Assembly (NCBI GenBank): GCA_030265395.1
Contig: JARFYF010000094.1
Location: 59,741,682 to 59,805,681, forward strand
Direction: 5' to 3'
Length of the DNA: 64,000 bases
Origin: Rhina ancylostomus
Taxonomy: Eukaryota
Part shown: positions 27,279 through 40,040 of the stretch, in pieces
Numbering within the stretch: position 1 is the stretch's first letter
How the letters are laid out: every line of letters starts with the position of its first letter
Position numbers and translations under genes: made by a program
Notes under the pieces: model-generated
Database searches by the model: none
Seen by the model: only the letters and a program-made list of their open reading frames with translations
Told to the model about the DNA's origin: nothing

Positions 27279-27620
27279 AGAGTCATACAACACAAGAACA
27301 GGTCCTTCAGCCCATCATATCCATGACGACTATTAAGTACCTATCCACACTAATCCCATTACCCGGCTTGGTCCGTAGCTTTCTATGCCTTGGCAATTCA
27401 AATGCTCATCTACATACTTTTTAAATGTCATGAGAATATCTCAGGCAGTGTGTCCCAATTCCAACCAATCTATAGGTGACAAAATTCTTCCTCTAGTCCC
27501 TTCTAAACCTCTTACCCCTGACCCTTACCCTGTGCCCTCGAGTTTTAGAGACCTCTGCTATGGGGGCAAGTTTCCTATCATCTATTCCATCCATACCCCT
27601 CCGACCCTTCAAGGAAAGAA
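27279..27620 (-). mobile_element. CR1 LINE 3' end
   Basis: agagtcatacaacacaagaacaggtccttcagccca terminus shared with other CR1 tails in the window (13190, 15998). Confidence 0.65.
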
Positions 27621-28049
27621 ATCTGATCTGATCTGGCCTATGAATCAACCAATCAACATGGTGACTCTACACTGCCTTCTGAAATGGTGCAGAATCCACC
27701 CCTTTCATGGGGCTATTCAGTATGGATTATAAAATGAAGATATTGCTAGCAATGTCCACACCCTATGAAATAATGTATTTTTTAAAAATGNNNGGGTGTG
27801 AGATCACCTCAAGATGAAGGAACTTTCCCCTATTCTGGCTGACCCCCTGAAACTTTGCCTCCTGGCTTTGGACACCCAAGCCAGGACAAACAGCTTGCAG
27901 GCACCACTCTGTCAAGACCTCAGAGTGTTTTCTGAGTTCTGAAGATCACCTCTTGTTCTAAATGGCAGTGGATTGAAGGCCATTTGGATAACTTGTTGAA
28001 GCAGCAGGACGTGCAGAAGGACATCCCACAACCTGTCCCAACTACAAGA

Positions 28050-28360
28050 GCAGCAAAGCTGCTATTCACGGGTCTAGGCGGCAGACAGTCGAAGGTTCCG
28101 CCCAAGCTGATTGCCTGCTCCTCTTCTGGGGTTACGTCTGTGCCCGTATTTCCCTGGAGAAGGAGCACGTGATATCCATGGATACAATGGGGCATTTCTG
28201 GGACTGGTGGGCGTCACAGGGGCTCGAGTTCATTCTGGATTTAGATGACTGTGTTATAATTTGAAACTGTAAATGATGTTATCTGTGGAACACTGTAAAA
28301 TTGTAATAATATGATGCTGTCATCACTGAATAAACCTCCTTTGGAGAAGGAAAAAAAAGG
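28050..28360 (+). mobile_element. Tx1/L1-clade retrotransposon 3' end with A-rich tail
   Basis: Homologous to 31830-31960 and to the reverse complement of 32950-33380; ends ctgaataaacctcctttggagaaggaaaaaaaa. Confidence 0.7.
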
Positions 28361-28964
28361 GAAGCAAGAGTTGTACAAGAGGGAGACACTGAAGCTAGTA
28401 TTTGTTTGGAGGAGGCAGCTGAGGTCTGTTGCTATGAGAAGGCAGGAACAAAGCCGAGTGGTGTGGAATTCAATGCCTGAAGATGGATAGTGGGTGATCA
28501 TAGCAGAACGAGAAAACAGACATGGCCAAGGGAAACAGCACAGTAAAATCCCAACCTGGAAGAGGAAGGGGGGGTGGGTGGCATTCAGCTTCTAATACAG
28601 AGAGTCTATGCTGGCGATTCAGGCCCAGAACTGGAATGATTGTTCCAGAGACTGACCATGGCAGACAGGCTGGACTGTAGGAGAGAATCTGTCATTTTGA
28701 GGGATGTCACAATATCACAATGTCAGGAATGTTTCTTTCCATTGTTTCAAAGTGTCACTTGGCTTGGAGCAGATACTGTTGTGGAGAAATCTTGCTAAAA
28801 GTTTCAAGTTTTACATCTTCAAGCATAATATTTAAGATTTCAAAGTCCAGTTCATAGAACTTAGCAACAAAATAAATGGTAGAAAATCACTGAGCCATTG
28901 TGTCACCAGTTAGTGAATTCTGAGCCACTGCAATGAAAAGGTGGTTGTTATCCTATCGGTCTAA

Positions 28965-29405
28965 GTCAGTCACTGACACTGTGGCACACAAGTTAGTGCA
29001 AACAGTGATACTTACACTAGTCAATGCATACTCTGACACTGTGGACCAGTCAGTGCACTGTCACTGTGAAACAAGTCAGAGTGAACATAGACACTGGAAC
29101 AAATCAGTAAAAACACTGATGCTGTCCAAGCAGACAGAGCAGACACTCACATTGTGACACAAGTCTGTGCAGACAGTGACACTCTGTTGTCAGTCAGTGC
29201 ACTCAGTGACACTGTGGAACCAATTAGTGTAAACACTGACACTGATGTACCAGTTAGGGCAAATGCTGACACTGTGACATTGTGGAAACAATTAGTGCAA
29301 ACAATGTGATTGAAGAACCAGTCAGTACAAACACGGACACTGTGAAACCAATCACTGCAAATTCTGATACTGTGGAACCTGTTAATGCAGATACTAAAGC
29401 TGTGG
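28965..29405. repeat. Degenerate 30-bp minisatellite (ccagtcagtgcaaacactgacactgtggaa)
   Basis: Consecutive units such as ccagtcagtacaaacacggacactgtgaaa / ccaatcactgcaaattctgatactgtggaa. Confidence 0.8.
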
Positions 29406-29409
29406 ATGT

Positions 29410-32237
29410 GGGCAAGGCTCACATCCATCTCTTCTGTCAAGAGTATGCAAAGGGGCTGAGCAAGGGACAGGAGTCCAAAACTGACTGGCCTGAGAGGGCA
29501 GTGTTCAACTTGGAGTCTTGTCTGGGTTCAGCCACTGAGGAATCACTCTTGTGACAGTTGTACCAAGAGAAGAAGGAAGCACTGAGGCATTTGCAGCTCG
29601 AGGGGCCTTGGGCCATCAATGATTCTTCTGTCACAGATCTGGAGAGAATTGGTGCCTCAGTCCGCTCCCTTTACAAGACTATCTTCACCAGATACTTCCA
29701 ACAAGGATGCATGTAGAGTTTTGTGGGAGGACCTACCGAAAGTCAGCCCACAGGTTGCTGAGTGTCTGGACCTTCCTCTGATGATGGAGGAGCTGACCAG
29801 TGCCCTCCACTGGCTCCAGAGGGCATGGGGCAGCTCCTCCACCAGCAAATGCCCGGGACTGGATGGTCTGACCGTAGAGTTCCTCAGAGCCTTTTGGGAA
29901 ATCCTGGGAGGTGACTATGTGAGGGTCTTGGGGGAAAGCCTGGTGACTGGAGACCAACATAGTGTAGTCCTGCTGCCCAAGGGCAATCTCCACTGCTTGA
30001 GAAACTGGTGCCCAGTCTCTCACCTCAGCATGAATTATAAGGTCTTTGCCCAGGCAATGGCCAATCTTCTGGGCTTTGTACTGGCCCAAGTGATCCACCC
30101 TGACCGGTCCTACATGGTCCCAGGATAGTCCATTCAGGACAACATCCATCTGATCTGGGACCTTGTCTACCTGTCCCAGAGGGCTGGTCTGTTGGTTGCC
30201 TTTCTCTCTCTTGACTAGGCAAAGGCACTTGACAGGGTGGACCACGAGTATCTTTTTGGGATATGTTTGGAGTCGAGCTGCATTTTGTAGCCAAGTCTGA
30301 CTTTTGTATGCTGCTGTGAAGTGCATTGTGAAGGTAAATGGTCCTTGATGGCTCCCCTTCACTTTGGGAGACATGTACGTTAAGGATGCCCCATGTCTAG
30401 CCAGTTGCATTCTATCTGCTTAGAACCATTCCTGTGTCTTTTTTAGAGGCTGACGGGTCTGTCTTTGCATGGACTGGGCATGGAGGTGGTCCTCTCAGCC
30501 CATGCTGACAACATGCTCCTCATGGTCCCAGATGCTCATGACCTGGAGTACCTTACACCACCTCTACCTGGGAGTCTACCTACTGTAAGTCCCATTGAGG
30601 AAATCTAGCCAGTGAACTGGCTGGACATGGAGACGAAAGGTGTTGCCGGCAGATCATTGGTCATAAATCAACTGGTGATCTCCATGTTGTGGTACTGGTT
30701 AGTCACTTTGGTCCCACCCTTTGTCTTCATCACCAGAATCCAAAGAAAGTTGGTGGATTTCTTCTAGAGCAACAGGAAACACTACATCTCTGCTTACTTC
30801 TGAGTCTCCCAATCGGGGAGGGCAGTCAGTCGCTGGTGTGCATTTGTACCCAGATGGTGACTTTCTGCCTTTGGACCCTGTAGACACATCCATGTGCTGA
30901 GCATCCTCCTAAATGGCAAANNNNNNNNNNNNNNNNNNNNNNNNNNNNNNNNNNNNNNNNNNNNNNNNNNNNNNNNNNNNNNNNNNNNNNNNNNNNNNNN
31001 NNNNNNNNNNNNNNNNNNNNTGACTTACTTATTTCACCAAGGACATTGCCTCCTGGAGGACACACAGTTCCCAGCAGTGACCATCACCGTGCTGTTCTGA
31101 GGGAGTTGCCTAACTTTTACTGAGACCTGTTAAGAGCATGGGACATGGTTGTCTCCAGTCACAGCATTTTTCCATTGCCAGAGAGAGGCGTTTTGGCAGT
31201 GAGAGCAGCCAGCCCCCATCCTGTCACATTGGGTGTCAAGAAGGTCATGGTTGTGGAATGATTCTAACCACGCTAATCCTGGCTCGGCCAGAATTACTCC
31301 TCGGACCCAGGCTCCAGAACTTTTCTCGGGAGCTGATCCCGCATAATGTGAGCCATTTCTCAGAGATGCCCTTTATCCCATTCCATGACGTGCAGAAAAA
31401 TTTCCTGTACAGACTGCTTCTGCACACTGTACACTTCTTTGCTGTTATCTGCCATCTGGACATGTTGTGGAGGTCAGTTCTGCCATCTGGCAGTGAGTGG
31501 GATCCTCAGTGGAGGTCTATCTTTGTGGGAGTCTTCCCCCTTTACACCAGGTACCTGGGGTGGAGATTGTTGCAGATTTTTCAGCCAGTCTATGGACATA
31601 ACCTGTTGTCTGTCATTTCTACAGCCTGAAAGAGTCCATGTTCCATTATATATTGAATGTGAGAAGCTGCAGTTTCCATTTGCATATTTGAAAGGCCTGC
31701 TCCTTAAATTTTGGCTGTACCTTAACCCCACATTCCTGATCTTTGGGCATCAGGTGAGAGGTGGGGAGTAGGGTGGTGAAAGGGGATAGTTGTTTGTCGA
31801 GGGATCTCCTTGTGGGTCTGCTTCTGGACCCGGCCAAGGTGGCCATTCACGGATCCAGGTAGCGGGCAGTTGATGTTTCTGCCCAATCCAACTGCTAGCC
31901 CCTCTTCCAAGGTTACATCTGTACCCAAGTGTCCCTGGTGAAGGAGCACACAGTGACAACAAGCATCTNNNNNNNNNNNNNNNNNNNNNNNNNNNNNNNN
32001 NNNNNNNNNNNNNNNNNNNNNNNNNNNNNNNNNNNNNNNNNNNNNNNNNNNNNNNNNNNNNNNNNNNNAGCAGCGGGGAGGCCTTCAGGGACCCTGGGGC
32101 ATCCAACTGCATCCTGGATAACGATGACCATGTATTGATTAGCAGTTTGGGTGAATATATATAGAATGTGTTGAAAGTACTGCAGTATTGTAATGTTTTG
32201 AATTTATAACTTTGTAATGAACTTCTTTTAAAAAATA
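29410..32237 (+). mobile_element. Tx1-like (L1 clade) non-LTR retrotransposon, 5'-truncated, decayed ORF2 with reverse transcriptase
   Basis: ORF 29619..30128 KCPGLDGLTVEFLRAFWEILGGD...LLPKGNLHCLRNWCPVSHLSMNYKVFAQAMANLLGFVLAQVIHPDRSYMVPG; then SLD*AKALDRVDHEYLF and GCPMS; ends in A-rich ttttaaaaaa. Confidence 0.88.
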
Positions 32238-32239
32238 GC

Positions 32240-32950
32240 ATTGATGTTGTGGAGCCAGTGCAGACACTGACACTGTGGCACCAATTAATACCAATTTGAC
32301 ACTGTAGCACCAGTCAGAGTAAACAGTGACAAAGTGGAACCAGTCAGTGCAAATACTGGCATTATGGCACCAGCTAGTGCATTCACTCTGACACCTGTTA
32401 GTACAAACATGACACTAGTCACTTCAAACACTATGGCATCAATCAGTGCAAACGTTACACTGTGCAACCAGTCAGTGCAAACATTAATACTGTGACATAA
32501 GTCACTGCAAATGTGATATTGGCACCAGTTAGTGCAAACAGTAAAACTGAAATCAATGACATTATGGTACCAGTCAATGTAAACGGTGACAGAATGGAGT
32601 TAGTCAGTCCAAACAATGCCACTGTGACACTACTCAGTGCAAACGCTGACACTATTGCAACATTCAGTGCAAACACCAACACTGGAACTAGTCAGTTTCA
32701 ACACTGACTCTGTGGCACCAGTCATGTAAACACTGACACTGTGGTACCAGTCAAATCAATGTCTGAGATTGGCATCAGACATTGCAGTTAGTGAGTGAAT
32801 ATGATAATGGTTGGTGCAGTCATTGGGCCACTGTGGAGGTTTGAGTTAGTATGTCATTGGATCATTGTGACACAGTGTTGGTAGTAATTGGGTTAGTATG
32901 ACACGGGAGTGTAATTATTGGATCAGTGTGACACAGTGTGGTGTAGTCCT
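32240..32950. repeat. Continuation of the 30-32 bp minisatellite
   Basis: gacactgtggcacca / ccagtcagtgcaaa units, grading into cattggatcagtgtgacacag units. Confidence 0.8.
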
Positions 32951-33697
32951 TTTTTTTCCCTTTTCCAAAGGTGGTTTATTCAGTGATTACAGGATCACAT
33001 TAATACAGTATTAAAGTACTTCACAATGCACACTATTTACAGTTTCAAATTATAACACGGTCTTCACTATCNNNNNNNNNNNNNNNNNNNNNNNNNNNNN
33101 NNNNNNNNNNNNNNNNNNNNNNNNNNNNNNNNNNNNNNNNNNNNNNNNNNNNNNNNNNNNNNNNNNNNNNNACACGGTCTTCACTATCCACAATGCACTC
33201 AAGCCCCTGAGACACCCATCAGTCCCAGAAATTCCCCATTGTACCCGTGGATACTGCTTGCTCCTTCTCCAGGGACACACAAGCACAAACGTAACCCCAG
33301 AAGAGGGGCAGGCAATCTGCTCGGGCAGAACCCTCAACTGCCCGCCAGCTAGACCCATGAATGGTCACCTTGGCCAGGTCCAGGAGCAAACTGACCAGGA
33401 GATCCCCTGACCGAAACGCCCCTCCCCCGCACCGGGTGACCAAAGATCAGGAGCGTGGCACAAACTTGAGGAGCAGCCCCTTCAGATACACAAATAGAGG
33501 CTGCAACCTCTCACACTCCATATATACATGATACACTGTCTCCTCCCGGCTGCAGAAATGACAGGTGGGTGGGGAGTCCATAAAATGACGTAAGAATCTG
33601 CTACATGGTACTGCTGTATGCAACACCTACCACCCCAGATCCCCAATGCAAAGGGGGAGGACTCCTGCGTAAAGAGACCTCCACTAGGGACCTTGCT
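32950..33697 (-). mobile_element. Tx1/L1-clade retrotransposon 3' fragment, antisense
   Basis: T-rich start (reversed tail), tttattcag signal, ORF 33219..33443(-) GDLLVSLLLDLAKVTIHGS homologous to 31800-31860. Confidence 0.8.
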
Positions 33698-34010
33698 TGT
33701 GTAATCCTTGGATCAGCGTGACACAGTAGTGTAATCCTTGGATCAGTGTGACACAGAGTAGTGTATTTATTGGGTCAGTGTAATACAATAGAGTGTAATT
33801 GTTGCAGCAGCATTGTAATGTTATCATTGGATCAATGATTACATTGAACAATGTAATCATTGGATCAATGTGAAAAAGGGCAGTGTGAAGGGCAGTGTCA
33901 TTGTCTCAGTATGAAGGCATTCAGTATAATCATTCAGCTAGTGTAACCCCAGTCAGTGTACTTAGTGGGTGTGTGTGACACCAACCAATGCAATAATTGA
34001 AGCCATGTGA
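33698..34010. repeat. 30-32 bp minisatellite (gtgtaatcattggatcagtgtgacacagta)
   Basis: Adjacent near-identical units at 33699-33760. Confidence 0.8.
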
Positions 34011-34014
34011 ACAT

Positions 34015-36120
34015 AAAAATATAAATAGTTGAAACTTTTGCAGAAGTGACTATTTGGCAACTCATGCACTCTTTCAGTCAGTCAGAGCATTGCAGACTGT
34101 AACTCATTGATATTTTCCTGCACTCACCCCGTTTACCTCAATTTTCTTAATAATATTGATCAATCTGTGCCTTGACTATGCTCTGTGACTGCATTTCCAC
34201 AGACCTCAGATGGAGAATTCCAATGATTCACTATCTGAGTGAAGAAATATATCCTCATGGTGTTCCTGAATGGCCAACCTTTTGTTTTGNNNCGTCTGCC
34301 CTACTAAGCCTCTGAATATTGTACACTTCGATGAAATAGGCCCTCATTCTTTTAAAGTCTGGAGAATATAGGTTCAGATTCATTATTATCTTCTTTTACA
34401 ACAAACCCGCCATGCCAGGAATCAATCTAGTGAATCTTCGCTGAACTCTCTCTGTTGCAAATATATGCAAACCAGATGAGGTCTCACCAGGATGCTATTT
34501 AATTGGAACAAGATGTATTTTGTGCTCAAAGACACTTGCTGTCAATACCAGTATATCATTTGCCTTCCTAATCATTTGCCACATCTGCCTGTTAACTTTC
34601 AGTGATTTGTGTATGAGAACACCCAGATCCGGTGTACACCAACACCTTTCAACCTCTCATTATTTAGAAATGTTCCACCTTTGTATTTTTTTGGGGATGA
34701 CCTCACATTTTTCACATAATATTCCATTTGAAATGGTATTGAGCATTCACTTAACCTCCCTATATTCCCCAAAGCCTCTCAGAAGCCTCCTTGCAGCCCA
34801 CACCATCTGCCAGCTTTGTACCATCAGCAAACATAGATATATTACACCTTAGCCCTTCATCCAAAACACTGATAAAGATTGTGAAAATTGGGGTCCCAAC
34901 ATCTTTTCCTGAGGTACCACACTAAATGCAACCTCCCAAACAGAGACTAATATCCGAAATGGGCAGGTTATCTCATGAGGAAAGGTTGGTCTGTGTGGGC
35001 TTGTATACTCTGGAGTTTGGAAGAGTGTGAGAGGATTGAAATGTATAGGATCCTAAAGGGTCTTGACAGGTTGGGTGTGGAGACACATTTCCTATTGTGA
35101 GTCTTAGAGTACTTATTAAGACAGAAATACATGGATCCTTGACACACAAGGGAAGAAAGGGTTAGATTGGAATGCAGAGCAGGCTCAAATGGTTAATTCC
35201 TGCTCTTAATTTGTGAGTTCATGTATTTCACCCATTCACTCCTGCAGTCTGATTTCTGTTGTTAACCAATCCTCAATCTATGACAATATTTTATCCCTGA
35301 GACCATGCCCTCTTTAATTTTGAATAATTTGTTATGCGGTGCCTTATCAAATTCATTCTGAAAATCCAAATATACACATCTATGCATTCTGCTCATTACA
35401 ATCTCAGAAACACAAATAGATTTGTCAAATACTGTTTCCATTTTATATATCCATGTCGATTCTACACAATTATATTATTATTTTCCTGGAACCCCCATTA
35501 CAGCATTTCCTAATTATAGATTCCAGCATTTCCCTACTACTGATCTCAGGCAAATTGTGCTCTGGTTCCCTGTTTTCTCTCAACCTCCTTGTTTAAATGG
35601 TTGTTTACACCTTCTCCCTTCCAATCTGTGGAAACCATTCTTGAATCTATGGAATTTTGGAGGATGACAACTAGTGCATCCACTATCTCTGTAGCCACCT
35701 TCTTCAAANNNNNNNNNNCAGTCCCATCAATTTCTCCACTAGGTTGTTACTGATACTGATTTCTTTGAGCTTCTCATACATTCTAAACCTTCTGCATTAT
35801 TTCTAGGAGGTTTTCTGTATCCTTGTCTGCAAAGTCAAAAGCAAAATATTTAATTTCTCTGCCATTTCCTTATTTCTCGACACATTTTGTCCTGCTATAG
35901 TCTGGAAAGAAAGCATATTGACTTTAGCTGAACTTCTCCTTTTTATATATCGTATCTATAAAAGTTCTAGCAATCTGTTTTTATATTTCTTCTGAGGCTG
36001 CACTCATATTCTGCTTTCTCATTCCATATCAATGACTTGGCCCTTCTTTGCTGAAATCTGAATTTTTTTCAGTCAAGCTTTTTGCTTTTTTTTGGCAACA
36101 TTGGATGCTATTTTCCTGTG
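34015..36120 (-). mobile_element. Old CR1-type LINE, antisense, with a nested plus-strand CR1-like 3' fragment at about 34955-35225
   Basis: Reverse-strand CR1 RT motifs (gccttatcaaattcattctgaaaatccaaatatac = VYLDFQNEFDKA; ttgtaccatcagcaaac = FADGT); the inner piece atgaggaaaggttgg...gaaatgtataggatcctaaagggtcttgacagg is in the opposite orientation. Confidence 0.65.
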
Positions 36121-36134
36121 GTCTAATCCCATTA

Positions 36135-36525
36135 ATGTGTCACCACTTAGTGTAACCATCAGGTCAGTGTAAAACCTGTCATTACAATCGTTGGGATAGT
36201 GTGACAAATGTCAATGCAATTACTTGGTTTTCATCAGTACAATCATTTGAACTGTATCACAACAGTAACACTAGTCAATGCAATCATTGGTTGGTACCCT
36301 ACTAGTCAGTGTCTTCACTGCACAGTATAACACCAGTTGGTGCAATCCTCAAGTCACTCTGTGGCACCAAACATTTCAATCATTAAATGAGTCAACAAGT
36401 CAGAAGTCAGTTCACAGAAGTCAGACCAATCAGTGAGTGGCTGTGATACTCAATTGTACAGCCCATAAATCAGTGTAGCATCAGTCATTGCAATCATTAT
36501 GTCTGTGAGAGCTGGGCCAGTATGG
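36135..36525. repeat. Distal degenerate part of the same minisatellite
   Basis: gtcaatgcaatcattgg, ctagtcagtgtc and gtggcacca units. Confidence 0.55.
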
Positions 36526-36529
36526 TTAT

Positions 36530-36815
36530 TGAGTGATAAGATCTCTTTATTAGTCACATGTACATCAAAACACACGGTGAAATGCATCTTTTGCGTAGAG
36601 TGTTCTGGGGGCAGCCCGCAGGTTTTGCCATGCTTCCGGTGCCAACGTTGCGTGCCCACAACTTCCTAACCTGCCTTTGAACGTGGGAGAAAACCGGAGC
36701 ACCCGGAGGAAACCCACACAGACATGGGAAGAACATACAAACTCCTTACAGACCGTGGCAGGAATTGAACTTTGGTTACTGGCACTGTAATAGCATTACG
36801 CTAACCACTACACTC
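36530..36815 (-). mobile_element. V-SINE-like element, relatively well preserved
   Basis: ggagaaaaccggagcacccggaggaaacccacacagacatgggaagaacatacaaactcc...ggcactgtaatagcattacgctaaccactacac. Confidence 0.8.
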
Positions 36816-39694
36816 CTGTGAGTGAACGCTGCATCAGTCAGTGCGGGCCCTTGGAAAGTGTAGCCCCACCCACTTCAATTTCTAACTTCCCGTGCCACAT
36901 CGGTAGAGTAATTCAATGGATTCCCCATAGTGATTTACTTTGTTAATGTTGCAGCACCGTCTCAAAGATTTTCAATCCCTGTCCAACTTCTTCTCCACTT
37001 CTGCATTGGTAAGGTAGGGGCTCGATCAGGGATGTTTTTTGCCACATACCTGGCAATACATCCTTTCCTGGTTGTGCATAACTAAAAGGAAATAAGGAAG
37101 AGATGACTTCTTTAGCGCATAAGTCTCCCAGTGGCTAATTGCACAGCTTATCATTTTGGGTCTGTTCTCCATGTCTTTCAGTTTAGATGATATTATTTGC
37201 AAAAAAATGTCAGCCTGATCCACTGTTATTTGTTCTATGTTACTGTTCAATGGATATTGAAGGGGTTTTTTCATGGGGATCATCATCTGGGAAGTGCCCA
37301 GTACCCAGATTTCCCCTGCCTGCTCTTGCCAACAGTTGGCACTCGTTCTTCAGGTTTTCCCCTCAAGCTGAAACATCTCTACATTTACCACAACATAATC
37401 TTAAAGCTTTCTATTGAGTCAAGAGCCCCAACCTCAAATGTTCTGCTGGGTATGGGAATATCTTGTTCCCACTTCTCCCATTGCTTCTCTGACTTCTGAT
37501 AATTTGGAGGCCAGAGCTGTTAATAATCCCCCAGTTGTGGTCTAACCAAGGTTTCCAGTCACTTCTTTTCAATTCTATTCTTCCAGAAGTATAATTTTTT
37601 TTTGTTAACTAGTCTTATTACACTGAGTTGTTGATTTAAATTATTTCATTCCCAGGTTCCTTTATAGGCACATTTTTCAGAATGTACCTAATCACTTTAT
37701 TCTTCCCACCACTATATACTTATTTTGCTAGTCACATGGCACTCTGCTGGTGTCTTAATGTTTCCTGTACCTTATCAAGCCTTCCGATGGATTAATTACT
37801 CATCAATTTGGTGCTATCAATTGTACTTTCAATTCCCAAATCACTTATGTAAATTGCAAATAACAGTGTCACAATGTTGAGCAAGGAGCAAGCTTGCAGA
37901 GAACCCAAATGCAGTACACCTATACAAGACTGGAGTCAGGATACTTCCTCAAGAAAAACACACACAGTCACTGGAAGGAAACTTGCCTCAGAAATCTGAA
38001 GAGGAATGCCAACACAAACTGGATCTTCAAAAGGAATAGAGAACACAGGACTGCTCTAGAGTAGACCACTCTAATCAACTAGGAGCCAAAGGTAGACCAA
38101 TACTCCGGCAACTAATGCTAGAGAAACCCAGGTACTTATGCTAGGCCCCTGATGGGGCTCAGGTGTGTGTCATTATACAATCAGTCCAGCATGGAATCCA
38201 TGTGCTGTACAACAAGGCATTAAAGGAACCAAATTGAGGGCCAGAACTCAGAACCATGACAAACAGCAATTTTGGAACATCCTGCCCTACATATGCCAAT
38301 CTGGATGACTGTCTTTAACCTATGATTTCTGTTTTGTTTGATAGGGATTATTCAATAATTCAGTGGTCAGGAATAGTGTGTTTGCATAGCTGCTTACAAA
38401 CTGAGTTGGGTTTAAGTCTTCCAGTCTCGTCCCTAATGCAGAATGTAAATGTTTTGCATGATCCCACGGTGATGCATTTCTATGATGAGCAGGTATCCCA
38501 CTCTGCCGAAGCAGTGATGCTGGTAGACAGTCCTGACAAAGCCCAGTACATGCCTGTTCTCCCTATGTATGTGCTCCATTCAGGAATTATGTGCAGTGTT
38601 CTGTGATCAGAGTGGTAGCACTTGCACTGCATGTTGACCTTGGAGCTGAGCTATTGTTGGTAGTAAGCCAAAAGAAGCACAAGGGGGATATATCAAACCC
38701 ACTAGTCAATGGACCCTGCTGATTTTCAGTGGCTTCTGTGTTAATCACGTTTGCACATTTACAGTGGCTCAGTGCCAAAAGATCCAATGGTCAGACAGTT
38801 CACACAATCCCATTCCCATTCTCCTCATCCTGTACTGGTCATTGCTCATGCTAGAAACTGTGAATTGTTCTTTCCAAATTGCACGTCCACCACTGATCAA
38901 TCTCCATGCTACATACTCTCCACTGTTCACCTCTTTGCACTGGGCGTCCCATGCTGTCCACTGTGTACTGCACACTCTACATAGCCAGTGCTTTTCATGC
39001 TTTCATGTTTCTCATCCTGTACAGAGCACTAACTGCCCGTGGTCCATCTTCCACAATACTCTGAGGTGTAACAGCTGTAATGTTTGGATAAGTGGGTTAA
39101 TTATGTGTAACTCATGAGATTGTTTCTTACTCAGACAAAGAGAAGTTCCTCTTCTGATTCAGAGAGTGATATAAATGAGTGGTGAATACTGCACTGTAGG
39201 AGTGTCATATTGTGATATCCCTATGAAATGATTGATATTGTTTGAAACATTTCTGTGATGTATTTTTACACTTCCTATGCACTGAGTTGAAAATGCTGAA
39301 TATTGAAGGTGTTTTTTGTGATCTTGCTCTGGGTATCCACTTCACCGATTGATCCATGTGCCGGCTGATTCTGGTTTTTGTCAACAGATGCAGCCAGCCA
39401 TGGCTGAAACAGTGTGTGCAATAGAAGAACAAACAGGCCAGGCTAACTTTCACTGTGGGCTGAAATGAGCTACTAGCCCTGTGTCTTTACCTTTTCCCAC
39501 TGTCACACACTTCACACATTGGACAAAGAGCTGGATGCCAAATAGAGCTCTATTTTTAATTCTCCTATTAGTCTCCAATTTAAAATCATAATTAACAGGT
39601 TTTGAGAAGGGTAGGGGGTATGGTCCAGTCAGCAGTAGCTACAATGCTTAGTTGTTCACTGCCTAAATCTAGCCTCCAACTAGCATTCTTATAT

Positions 39695-40040
39695 TTACAC
39701 AGAAAGAGGCCATTTGGGCTTTCAGGTCCATGCTGGCTGCCAGGAGAACAATCCCATCAGCCCCCTTCTCCATCTCCTTATTTCCCTGTGGCCCTGCAAC
39801 TTATTCTTGCTCGCACCTGGCCACCAAATCCACTTTGATTCTTTCTGCCATTAACCTACACTAAGGAGTAGGTTACAACAGCCAATTAACTAGCTGGCAA
39901 ATCTTTGGGATTTGGGACGATAGCGGAGCACCGGGGAGGAAGCCCACGCTGTCACAAGAAGGACGTGAACATTCCACTCCTGAGGTCAGGATAGAACCTG
40001 GGTCCCTGCAGCTGTGATTCCACTGGATGGCCACACCATA
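39695..40040 (-). mobile_element. HE1/V-SINE-like SINE
   Basis: ggagcaccggggaggaagcccac...gaggtcaggatagaacctgggtccctgcagctgtg. Confidence 0.7.

Noticed and set aside
29282-29554. Mucin-like repetitive ORFs (PVSTNTDTVKP..., also 32513..32707)
   Set aside because: By-product of a 30-bp tandem unit; neighbouring units have stops and frameshifts, and there is no splice context.
32240-34010. Regularly spaced repeats superficially like a CRISPR array
   Set aside because: Head-to-tail degenerate units without unique spacers, in a vertebrate intron with no cas genes.
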